The notes: generated from the sequence alone by a model not told the origin. 32,000 bases of DNA from Flavobacteriaceae bacterium (GCA_965224465.1 OZ245049.1:300001-332000); one strand, 5' to 3'; shown: positions 7,919 through 16,521, numbered from the stretch's first letter. Translations and numbers: made by a program.

Positions 7919-8761
7919 ATGATATCAACTCAATATCAAACAGAAATAAACGAAGTATTCACTTTAATTGAAGTTGAATCCAAAGAAACAGAAGAAATTA
8001 GCGAGTTAATCGCAGGGAAATTTAGTATTGTTTGGAATACAGGAGCTCCAGCAATTCTATTAATAGACAATGAATTAGTTAGTATTAAACAACATTGCGT
8101 ATTGTTTCTTACAGAAGTAAATATAATAGAACATATAAAATTCTCTTCATTGCGAATTATATACTTTAATAATGCTTTTTTTTGCTCGAACCAGAACCAC
8201 ACAGATCTTGGTTGCCAAGGTTTGTTATTTTTTGGTTCGTCTAATATTCCAAAAATCTCAATAATTGGAGACATGCTCAATTTTTACCAATGGATGTGGA
8301 ATTGGTTTATTCAGGAATTAAAGCATCAAGATAAATACAAATTGCAAGTATTGCAAAGTACTTTAAATCTAGTAATATCAGTTTCTACTAGAATTTTTAA
8401 TACCCAAAATATAGAAATTATTTCTAATAATTTTGAAGTAGATATTATTAAAGAATTTCATTATTTAATAGAGAAGCATTATAAAACAAGTACAACAGTA
8501 AAGGCATATGCTAAAATGCTACATACATCCCCAAAATCCCTTTCAAATATCATTAAAAAGTATGATAACCGAACGCCAATCGAAATCATAAAAGAAAGGC
8601 GACAATTGCAAGCCGTAAGAATGCTAAAAAACACTTCAAAGTCAATTAAAGAAATTGCCCACGAATTGAGTTTTACAGATATTTACACTTTTAGTCGGTT
8701 TTTTAAAACAAATACAGGAATTGCACCTTCTCATTACAAAAAAAAAATAGCCAAACAATAA
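7919..8761 (+). CDS. AraC-family transcriptional regulator
   Basis: 280 aa. C-terminal double-HTH pattern (VKAYAKMLHTSPKSLSNIIKKY...IEIIKERRQLQAVRMLKNTSKSIKEIAHELSFTDIYTFSRFFKTNTGIAPSHYKK). Confidence 0.85.
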   Translation: MISTQYQTEINEVFTLIEVESKETEEISELIAGKFSIVWNTGAPAILLIDNELVSIKQHCVLFLTEVNIIEHIKFSSLRIIYFNNAFFCSNQNHTDLGCQGLLFFGSSNIPKISIIGDMLNFYQWMWNWFIQELKHQDKYKLQVLQSTLNLVISVSTRIFNTQNIEIISNNFEVDIIKEFHYLIEKHYKTSTTVKAYAKMLHTSPKSLSNIIKKYDNRTPIEIIKERRQLQAVRMLKNTSKSIKEIAHELSFTDIYTFSRFFKTNTGIAPSHYKKKIAKQ

Positions 8762-8825
8762 GGAGGAATTGCTATTTAATAGACAAATATCATATAATAT
8801 CTTTACATCAAATTAAAATAACAGT

Positions 8826-9902
8826 ATGAAACTAAAAAAAATAATGTACCTACCATTGGTACTCATAGGCTTTATCGCCTTAACAGCTGGTCATCATTTT
8901 GAAACAAAGTTAGCAAAAGAATATCCAATGTATGACATGACAGATATTTATTGCTTTCCTTCTTCAAATCAAGGAATGACAACATTTATCTTAAATTTTA
9001 ATCCTCAAGCTTCTCCAGACTCCACATTTTATAAAAATTTCGGAAACAAAAAAGGACACCGTCAACTGCATATTGGTTATGATAAAAACATGAAAAAAGG
9101 GATCTCTTTAGGTTTTAGTTTTTCTGGTAATAAAATCAAAATTTACGCAGCTCCAAGTGCAAACCCTGAATTAGGAAATAAAGGCAAAAGAATAGGAAAA
9201 GGTAAATTAAACGAAACTATTTATTTAAAGAATGGAATGCAAGTATGGACTAGCATAGTTAAAGACCCTTTTAATGGAAATGGAGAAGGTATTTATGCCA
9301 AAATGAAACCTGCTGTTGCAAAGGGAGAATGGGACGAAACAGCATTTTCTTCACTGAAAGGACATGATTTATTTAAGGGTAAAAATATAGTAACTATAGT
9401 GGTAGATATACCTAATGAAATGTTAGGAGATAAGATTTATTACCACGCTTCTTCTTCAGCAAAAATAAAAGGGACAGAAAAAGGTCATGGTCATGCGCAT
9501 TGGCATCGTATTAATAGGATTGGTCATGTGTTATTACCGCATCTATATATGGAAACTGTAAGTGATTCAGAGAAACAAAATGCAGGAAATATATTGGATG
9601 ATAAGGAAAGAAGAGCAAACTGTATGAGAATGTTAGAGAAATATACGACTCTTGCTAAGTCGCAATCTAATCCTAAAGCGTATGCTAAAAAAATGACAGA
9701 TATGCTATTGCCAGATTTTATACCCTATACTATAGGAACACCTGCTTCTTATAATCTCCCCGTGATAAATGGAAGAAAACTTTCAGATAATGCAATGGAC
9801 ACTGCCTTGGAAATTTTAGTAGGAAAGCCATTCCCAAATTACACGGATGTAAACACGGCTAATTTTACAGCTACTTTTCCTTATTTAATTTCTGTAAAAT
9901 AA
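8826..9902 (+). CDS. Secreted DUF4331-like protein with a His-rich insert
   Basis: 358 aa with a signal peptide (MKLKKIMYLPLVLIGFIALTA|GHH). The N-terminal GHHFE...DMTDIYCF and C-terminal NGRKLSDNAMDTALEILVG segments resemble the conserved DUF4331 blocks as I recall them. Contains the His cluster EKGHGHAHWHRINRIGH. The ORF is solid; the family call is less certain. Confidence 0.6.
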   Translation: MKLKKIMYLPLVLIGFIALTAGHHFETKLAKEYPMYDMTDIYCFPSSNQGMTTFILNFNPQASPDSTFYKNFGNKKGHRQLHIGYDKNMKKGISLGFSFSGNKIKIYAAPSANPELGNKGKRIGKGKLNETIYLKNGMQVWTSIVKDPFNGNGEGIYAKMKPAVAKGEWDETAFSSLKGHDLFKGKNIVTIVVDIPNEMLGDKIYYHASSSAKIKGTEKGHGHAHWHRINRIGHVLLPHLYMETVSDSEKQNAGNILDDKERRANCMRMLEKYTTLAKSQSNPKAYAKKMTDMLLPDFIPYTIGTPASYNLPVINGRKLSDNAMDTALEILVGKPFPNYTDVNTANFTATFPYLISVK

Positions 9903-10055
9903 TTCAGAGTTTTGGAATATTATTAGTGTAATAAAAACAGCTATCAAGAGCGATACTTAAAATTTGGGTCTTTTGATATTTATATTTTTAAAAAAGATGG
10001 ATGAAACAGATATCTTTCTTAAAAACCTGAGTACCAATACATATTAGGCAATAAG

Positions 10056-10147
10056 CTCGGGGCAAGCCCACGAGGCATGAAAAAGAAAAAACCTTAATCA
10101 TTTCGGTGCAAGCATCGGGAAATTAAACCCATTTGGGGGATTAAAAA
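10056..10147 (+). repeat. Intergenic multi-hairpin repeat R3, copy 1
   Basis: CTCGGGGCAAGCCCACGAGGCATGAAAAAGAAAAAACCTTAATCATTTCGGTGCAAGCATCGGGAAATTAAACCC... is nearly identical to 18218-18310. It ends 9 nt before the redoxin ATG. Confidence 0.7.
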
Positions 10148-10156
10148 CAAAGAAAA

Positions 10157-10633
10157 ATGGATACACCAATAGTTAGCGCACCAGAATTTGATGTAAAAGA
10201 TTGGATAGACAGTAATGGAAATAAAACAACGCAGATAAAACTCTCAGACTTTAATGGTAAATTTAAAGTACTGTTCTGTTTTCAAAGTTGGTGCCCTGGA
10301 TGTCACAGTGCAGGTTTACCCAATCTTCAAAAAATGGTAAATGCGTTAAAAGGGAATGATAAAATAGTTTTTATTGCAATACAGACTGTTTTTGAAGGTC
10401 ATGATGAAAACACCTATGAAAAAATGGTAGAGACACAAAAAAAATATGATTTAAAAATTCCATTTGGGCATGATGCAGGAAACGATGGTAAGTCGCGTTC
10501 AAAAATTATGGACAACTACCAAACGGGAGGAACGCCATGGTTTATTTTAATAGACAAACATAATAATATTGTATTTGCAGATTTCCACTTAAATGTTGAT
10601 GCAACAATCGATATTTTAAAAAGTATAAAGTAA
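10157..10633 (+). CDS. Thioredoxin-fold redoxin (TlpA/peroxiredoxin-like), no signal peptide
   Basis: 158 aa. WCPGC active-site motif in the context FKVLFCFQSWCPGCHS. Confidence 0.8.
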   Translation: MDTPIVSAPEFDVKDWIDSNGNKTTQIKLSDFNGKFKVLFCFQSWCPGCHSAGLPNLQKMVNALKGNDKIVFIAIQTVFEGHDENTYEKMVETQKKYDLKIPFGHDAGNDGKSRSKIMDNYQTGGTPWFILIDKHNNIVFADFHLNVDATIDILKSIK

Positions 10634-10649
10634 GAGGAATTAATAATAC

Positions 10650-10831
10650 CTGCCAATACCGAAGTGTATTGATGTGGGTAAGCCACAAGCATAAACATCC
10701 TGTATCCGACATCAACTAAAAGAGAATGCTATGGGATTGCGTGTAATTAATTAAGAAGCTATCGACAATTTAGATTGATAGCTTCCCTCCTATTTTATGT
10801 TGTTTATTATCCACGCTGTTTCGTATGAATT
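10650..10831 (+). repeat. Intergenic repeat family R2, copy 2
   Basis: Aligns with 1870-2044 in the same orientation. Hairpin AGCTATC / GATAGCT at 10757-10783. Confidence 0.6.
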
Positions 10832-10989
10832 GGTGGTTACATTTTGAAGAAAGGTTTTAGAAATGTAATTATTATTTGTTTTAGCTAGGCGAGAAATCTA
10901 AGGATCTCTTTAGCTATCATTTTGATTTTCAACAAAGGTAAAACGTAAAACAAACTATTTATAACGGCCATTTTGAATTGTAATTGTAT
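10832..10989 (-). repeat. MITE-like element R1, copy D (inverted orientation, degenerate outer end)
   Basis: GGTGGTTACATTTTGAAGAAAGGTTTTAGAAATGTAATT ... CCATTTTGAATTGTAATTGTAT. Confidence 0.65.
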
Positions 10990-11086
10990 AATACCCATGC
11001 TAGGCAATTATAGCTATCAATCTCCCCTTCAGTAGTATTGATGTAATTTCTAGTACTATAGTCATGCAAAAAAATAACAGGATAAA

Positions 11087-11488
11087 ATGAGAAATATAGA
11101 ATTTAAAGTAGGAATAGTTCCCAAAATAGCAGAGATAATTGAGGTTTATGATAGTTCGAGAATAAAAAGACCTACAGAAGATAGAGAGCGAATAACAAAA
11201 ATGTATGCAAATTCTAATCTAATTATAACCGCTTGGTTTAATAATAAACTGATTGGAATAGCACGCTCAATAACTGATTTTTGTTATGCCTGTTATTTAT
11301 CGGATTTAGCAGTGAAAAACGAGTACCAAAAAGAAGGAATTGGAAGGCAACTAATAAAAATAACTGAAAAAGAAATTGGAAAGCAAACTGCATTAATTTT
11401 ACTATCTGCACCACTAGCAATGGAATACTATCCTAAAATTGGATTTAGTAACATTGAAAATGGATTTATAATTCGCCGAACGGAATAA
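11087..11488 (+). CDS. GNAT-family N-acetyltransferase
   Basis: 133 aa. Acetyl-CoA binding motif A region VKNEYQKEGIGRQLI. Confidence 0.85.
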   Translation: MRNIEFKVGIVPKIAEIIEVYDSSRIKRPTEDRERITKMYANSNLIITAWFNNKLIGIARSITDFCYACYLSDLAVKNEYQKEGIGRQLIKITEKEIGKQTALILLSAPLAMEYYPKIGFSNIENGFIIRRTE

Positions 11489-12088
11489 GCTACTTAAATT
11501 CATCAAATAAATCTATTTACATTTACGACACTTTAATTGAATACGATTCTGACAATTCCCCGACTAAAAAAACAACAAAAAAGACATATAATGGCGTGCA
11601 ATCTTTTAGTAGCGAAGTGACTTATAATTATGAATAGCAACTATTTACAATAGAGTAAATGTTCTAACTAGATAAGCGGTTTTATATATAATGAATTGTA
11701 AGTGAGTAGTTTAGTTTTTTAAGCGATTCAAATTCACGAAGCTGTCTTTAAGGACTAAATACAACCGTTTCCCTGTGTTTCCTATTAAAGCAATCACTTT
11801 ATCTAGCTCCAATTTATTCCTTGGAGCCTTTATCGTGAAAACATACAATTTGACTTGCCCACGTACATAGTTTCGTATGGTTTGATCGGAAATGTTACAA
11901 CTATCACTCTATTTTTATAAATATGAACCACGTTTTCTAGCTCATTTTCTTACTACCTTTACCTTCGTTGTACTACGGCTATTATTTGTAGATATTATTA
12001 TGTTATTAGTAGTTAATGGTTTGCAACGTTAGCGACACTGTTAATATTTAGTACAACAAGACAACTAAAAGAAATCTTTAAATTGACA

Positions 12089-12583
12089 ATGAAAAAAGAC
12101 ATTGAATTCACAAAAAATAAAATTGATTTATCAATTCGTAGAAATAGATATTATAGTATTGACGATGAGACAATACGTTGTCCTAAATGTAATTCTGAAT
12201 TAATAGATAATTTATGTACTATTTTATTAGTAGTTAAATCCGACACAGATAAAGGAGAATTTATGACGAATCTAACAGGTAGCCGCTTTTGTGCAAATTG
12301 TCCTGTTGTTGTATTTGACAAAGCGAAAGTTAAGAAAGCAGCAAAACTTGGAATAAAAGGAGATAAAAATTTACAATATCATATTGCAGGAATTATTGAT
12401 TTCAATTCAATTCCTTTAAATAAGAGACATTTAGAAATAGGAACGGATGGCAATCCTGTACCGTTAATCGATTTTTTACCGAACCTGAATACCTCCACTA
12501 TAATAAAAGACAAAAAAACAGGAAGAAATGAACCTTGTCCGTGTGGAAGTGGAAAGAAATATAAAAAATGTTGTGGCAAATAA
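12089..12583 (+). CDS. SEC-C motif protein with N-terminal CxxC...CxxC zinc ribbon
   Basis: C-terminal [17 protein letters not shown] is the SEC-C metal-binding motif. Also carries CPKC (aa ~33) and CANC (aa ~70). The track start at 12083 is TTG; the first ATG is at 12089. Confidence 0.8.
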   Translation: MKKDIEFTKNKIDLSIRRNRYYSIDDETIRCPKCNSELIDNLCTILLVVKSDTDKGEFMTNLTGSRFCANCPVVVFDKAKVKKAAKLGIKGDKNLQYHIAGIIDFNSIPLNKRHLEIGTDGNPVPLIDFLPNLNTSTIIKDKKTGRNEPCPCGSGKKYKKCCGK

Positions 12584-12670
12584 AAAAGTGAATTTTTAGA
12601 AAATAATTTATTCAAAGAGGTTGTACTAAAGAAACCATATAATGCGAGATTATATGGTTAAATTAATTAA

Positions 12671-12699
12671 AAAGGGCACCTTGTAAAAGCTTGCCCTTT
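12671..12699. terminator. Bidirectional hairpin terminator between convergent genes
   Basis: AAAGGGCA (12671-12678) / TGCCCTTT (12692-12699), an 8-bp perfect stem flanked by A-run and T-run on both sides. Confidence 0.6.
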
Positions 12700-12767
12700 T
12701 AGAAAGTATCCGTTCTGTTTATTGATAAAAAAACAAAGTGGATTTTTTAATGCAATCTACAGAAGAA

Positions 12768-15700
12768 CTAGAATGTTACTTTTGCAACAATCTCTTTGCT
12801 GTCCTTTTTTGTCAATCGTATGATTTGTATGGTTTTCGTCTCCTTCTTTGTTCCATAATACTTGAAAATTGTAATTTTCATAAAGGTTGGGTTTTCTATT
12901 TTTTGGTAACGATCTCCATAGTAGTTAATTTTAATATAATAACTTCCTTTAATTGCATTCTTTAAGGTAAACTCCTCTGGTCCGAAGCCTTGTGTCATGT
13001 CTTTAGACATATGACCGCCAATGCTAGTTGTATTATGAGAATAATAGCATTCTTCCAAATTTGGGTCTATGATATGTAAATCAATATCTGTATCGTTATG
13101 ATTCCAATCTACAACTACGCGTAAGTCATAATTAATAGGAGCTTCGTCTTTATTTGAAAGTATTTCTAGCCTTAATTTTCTGTTTTTCTGGAGAAGTCGT
13201 TTTGCTTCGTTTTTACAGATGCTCTCAATTCCTGCAAACACGCGTCTCTTTGTACCCTGATATAGTTCCTTAGAAATAATTTGACGGTACAAGGCTAACG
13301 CTTCTTTTTGTTTCCCTATATTTACACTTGCGATTGCTAAATCTCTGTAAGACTGTGCATCTTCCGTTCTTAGTTTAAGTATTTGTTTATAAATATACAA
13401 AGCCATAGCATCTTTATTCTGCTTTTCTAGTTGATAGGCAAATACCTTTAATTTCTCGTAGTTATCTACATCCGTTTCAGCAATATTAGACACTATTCTA
13501 TCTGCCAATAGTTGCTCTTTAAATCGCTTTTTAAAATAATTGTAAACATCTACAAAATACGAAGGAATATTGGTGTAATTCGCGCGTTGTTTAAGATATA
13601 TAGCATAGGCTTCATCTTGATTATCAGCAGCATCTAGCTCCAGTACATACGGAGCGGTGATTGTTCTTTCTTTTAGTACCAATGCACCTGAATACTTTTT
13701 ATAAGAAGGTTTGTTTATATTGTTTTGATTGTTTCTTTGAAACTGAACGTAAAATCTTTTGAGTGTTCGTCCTTTTTTGTTGTTTAAGATTTCATAAAAA
13801 ACGGGAAAATAGCACTTTACATCAATAGGTCTTCCGCGTTGACGTCCTGGTTTCATTTTTGGTAATAACTGCAAGACCCGCAATACTTCTTCTTTAATTT
13901 CGGGAAGCAAGGCTCGAATGTTTAGATCTTCAATATTCCCTTCTCTATTTATTGTGAAATTTACATAAGCTCTTATAGTCCTATTTGTAGTTTCTTGATT
14001 TGTAAGAATCTCTTTATTAAAATTCTTTTCTATATGCTGATTAAATTTTTTAGAAAAACAGGCTTTCAATTCCCGCAGCGATCCATCACATCCAGGGAAT
14101 ACAGGGGTTTCTTCAATACTAATAAAAGGGACATCTTCAATGTATTCTATAACTTCTTCTTCTTCCTCGTCCATTTCTACTACCTCAGTATTTTGATTGT
14201 CATTTACAACCCTAATAATACGTTCTTTAATTTGATTTGTAGCGTTTAAAGTCCTGTCAATTGGAGCCATAGGAGGAGTTCTAAAACGAGGACTTTTTAT
14301 TCTTTTATGTTGTGCTTTCTGAAATGTGGCTAATAGTTGGTCTGGAGGTGTTATATTATACCGAATATAGTCCTCTACATTATCCAATACAATCAACGAT
14401 GTATAATCTGACACTAGCTTATATTTGAGTCCTGTAGCAATGATTTCTTCTTTATGCTTTTCAGCATCATTCTGTAAAAAATCTAATTTTTTCTGTGCCC
14501 AATACCTTGCGACCTCTTTTTTATTGGTTTTCGAACGTTGAAGTTTGACTCGGATTCTTTGAGAAACCTTTCCTCCATATCCAAATAACAAGGTAATGGT
14601 TTCTCCGTATTTAAAATACCTACCTGATAAAGAAAAATCATTCTCTACTATAAGCCCTGCCTTTGGATACACCTGTATTCCTCTAGAAATAGATTTCACT
14701 CCAAGAAACGTATAACTTTCGTTTTTAAGGTTGTATAATGCTGTTGGAAGTTTACTTTTTGAAAGATTAATATAGCTACCATGTGTGTTTTCTGCAATAC
14801 GTTTTAGCCCAGCATGATTTGCTACAATGCTACTATTAATCACAAAAATAGGTTTTTTACTGTTTAATTCCGTTGCGCTTAAATTGGATATTCCATCAGA
14901 AAACAACAAACAGATATCGGATTTATTCAATTTAGTTTCAATGGATTTAAAGGAAGTCCCTCCATCGTAAACAGTTTGCTGGATCCATTGCTTTATTGCT
15001 TTCCAATCTCCATTTTTTATCGTAAAAAATTGTTCTGATTGAATGGTATTACTAAATGATACAAAACAAACATTTACATCTTTTAAATAGTCGAAATAAG
15101 CAGCTAGCAATGCCATCTCTTTTTCTATGTTTCTGTTTTTTAAAGACAGAGATGCATCCCAAAGTAACGTTATATTCTTAGGTTTATTTCTAAGTCTAAT
15201 TTGTTTTTTTAACTTTTTATACAGATAAAAATAAGTCTTATAGGTTTGTAGTTTTTGTATATCATCCGTTAATGGGATTTTTATAAGTATATTTTTATTT
15301 GCTGTGAAATTCGTTTTTACCAGGTTTAGTTTGTAATACTGCTCCCAATTTTTGAAGCTGTCTCCTGTAATCTCACCTTCAATAATCACAGGTGTATCTA
15401 ATTGATCAAATACAGAAATCCCCAATGTAAATTTAGCAATAGGTTTATTAAAATGTAATGGAAGTTGGTAATAGTGATTGTTATTATTGAGTGTCAATTC
15501 TTGCTCGTAAGCAAGTAACAATCTTTTGTAACCATTTGCTGGAATTGGATAGATACGTGCTGTATAATTGTTTCCGGTGCCTTTTTCTAGCAACGCGGGG
15601 TCTACACGCCTTCTAACCACACTTTCAAAGGCAATTCTACCGAGTTCCTTATCTACCACAACAGCTTCTCTAAGTTTACCTCGAATATCAAGTGCAAAAC

Positions 15701-15938
15701 GAGAAACATGATGCCCTTCTCCTAGGGGAAAAACCAACAGACCTTCTAATTCGTTATTACTAGGGTTGTAGAACACCATATCGTAGGTAGTGGTGGCTAT
15801 ATTGCCAATTATATCCACTTTTATATCTAAAGAGATGATGTCTAAAGCCTTATCGCCAACATTTAAAACGGGAGGCTCTTGCGCATACGTAATGCTGCTA
15901 AAAAATAGTAAAAACAATGTTGAAAATAGTAGTTTCAT
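12768..15938 (-). CDS. Secreted multidomain protein: VIT - vWA - acidic linker - TonB_C-like - TPR-like - DUF2135(YfaP)-like
   Basis: The likely start is the second Met (MKLLFSTLFLLFFSSITYAQ signal peptide, ATG at 15938), not 15986. VIT-like block at aa ~45-165. vWA with MIDAS DASLS (aa 277-281). EMDEEEEEVIEYIED linker. VPFISIEETPVFPGC...LPKMKPGRQRGRPIDV (aa ~619-732) matches the flavobacterial TonB C-terminal domain pattern. C-terminal DLRVVVDWNHNDTDIDLHIIDP...GPEEF resembles DUF2135. Confidence 0.85.
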   Translation of the reverse strand: MKLLFSTLFLLFFSSITYAQEPPVLNVGDKALDIISLDIKVDIIGNIATTTYDMVFYNPSNNELEGLLVFPLGEGHHVSRFALDIRGKLREAVVVDKELGRIAFESVVRRRVDPALLEKGTGNNYTARIYPIPANGYKRLLLAYEQELTLNNNNHYYQLPLHFNKPIAKFTLGISVFDQLDTPVIIEGEITGDSFKNWEQYYKLNLVKTNFTANKNILIKIPLTDDIQKLQTYKTYFYLYKKLKKQIRLRNKPKNITLLWDASLSLKNRNIEKEMALLAAYFDYLKDVNVCFVSFSNTIQSEQFFTIKNGDWKAIKQWIQQTVYDGGTSFKSIETKLNKSDICLLFSDGISNLSATELNSKKPIFVINSSIVANHAGLKRIAENTHGSYINLSKSKLPTALYNLKNESYTFLGVKSISRGIQVYPKAGLIVENDFSLSGRYFKYGETITLLFGYGGKVSQRIRVKLQRSKTNKKEVARYWAQKKLDFLQNDAEKHKEEIIATGLKYKLVSDYTSLIVLDNVEDYIRYNITPPDQLLATFQKAQHKRIKSPRFRTPPMAPIDRTLNATNQIKERIIRVVNDNQNTEVVEMDEEEEEVIEYIEDVPFISIEETPVFPGCDGSLRELKACFSKKFNQHIEKNFNKEILTNQETTNRTIRAYVNFTINREGNIEDLNIRALLPEIKEEVLRVLQLLPKMKPGRQRGRPIDVKCYFPVFYEILNNKKGRTLKRFYVQFQRNNQNNINKPSYKKYSGALVLKERTITAPYVLELDAADNQDEAYAIYLKQRANYTNIPSYFVDVYNYFKKRFKEQLLADRIVSNIAETDVDNYEKLKVFAYQLEKQNKDAMALYIYKQILKLRTEDAQSYRDLAIASVNIGKQKEALALYRQIISKELYQGTKRRVFAGIESICKNEAKRLLQKNRKLRLEILSNKDEAPINYDLRVVVDWNHNDTDIDLHIIDPNLEECYYSHNTTSIGGHMSKDMTQGFGPEEFTLKNAIKGSYYIKINYYGDRYQKIENPTFMKITIFKYYGTKKETKTIQIIRLTKKDSKEIVAKVTF

Positions 15939-16194
15939 AGTAGTAATATTTGGGGTTAATAAAATGTATATGAATTGCTTTAACAAGCACTATGCCAATA
16001 TTAACAGAATATTAACAAAGCGTGTTGTGTTTTCAATCCGTTTTAAGATAGATCAAGCATACTTTCAAAGAACCTTGTGTCTATACGCTCATTCATAGTT
16101 TGTCTACACTAATAATTACAGCAAGTGACTACAATCAGTTTTGTAACAAGATAATTTCGAGAAAAAACACAATTTTACTCACTAGAAACTAGGG

Positions 16195-16301
16195 ATACCA
16201 ATTAAAATCCAAAATAACAGAGATAAATAATTTGTTTTTCTCCAAGCAAAAATAAAAAATAATTCCATCTCTAAACCGTCACTTGGAAATGTATTTGGTA
16301 T
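16195..16301 (+). repeat. MITE-like element R1, copy E (short, central part deleted)
   Basis: ATACCAATTAAAATCCAAAATAACAG ... AATAATTCCATCTCTAAACCGTCACTTGGAAATGTATTTGGTAT. Confidence 0.75.
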
Positions 16302-16521
16302 TATATCAATCCTTTGGATATATTTTAAAATGATCCCAGATTAAGGATTCATACAAAAAAGATCGCACTCGAAATAGAAAATAGTCTTTTAAAAGTAGTA
16401 TTCCATAGCTCTTTAATAGCGTTAAGTTATAGGTAATCAATACCTCCAACTACTACATTAACAACGCTACAATTACTTCTAGTGAAAGGTTGATAAATAA
16501 ACATAACCATCATTTTAGTTG

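Noticed and set aside
10076-10096. Mini-ORF MKKKKP inside R3 copy 1
   Set aside because: A 1-nt indel in copy 2 gives a completely different peptide (MKKKKTLIISMQASGN), so there is no coding conservation.
11087-11488. GNAT as the toxin of a TacT-type toxin-antitoxin pair
   Set aside because: There is no small RHH/HTH antitoxin ORF upstream or downstream. The upstream DNA is an R1 repeat. It looks like an ordinary stand-alone acetyltransferase.
12738-12965. 75-aa plus-strand ORF overlapping the 3' end of the VIT-vWA gene
   Set aside because: It lies antisense to the well-conserved DUF2135-like domain and past the bidirectional terminator. It is a Cys/Phe-rich shadow frame.
13995-14249. Antisense ORFs inside long genes (also 3031-3765, 7936-8280, 21596-21928, 22627-22815, 23479-23841, 25221-26165, 26800-27036, 27475-27663, 29264-29515, 30950-31204)
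   Set aside because: These are shadow frames opposite well-supported CDS. Their composition is low-complexity or Phe/Ile-rich, as expected from AT-rich antisense strands, and they carry no recognisable motifs.
15939-15986. Sixteen-codon N-terminal extension of the VIT-vWA ORF (MLKQFIYILLTPNITT)
   Set aside because: The second Met begins a canonical signal peptide (MKLLFSTLFLLFFSSITYAQ). The extension would bury it.
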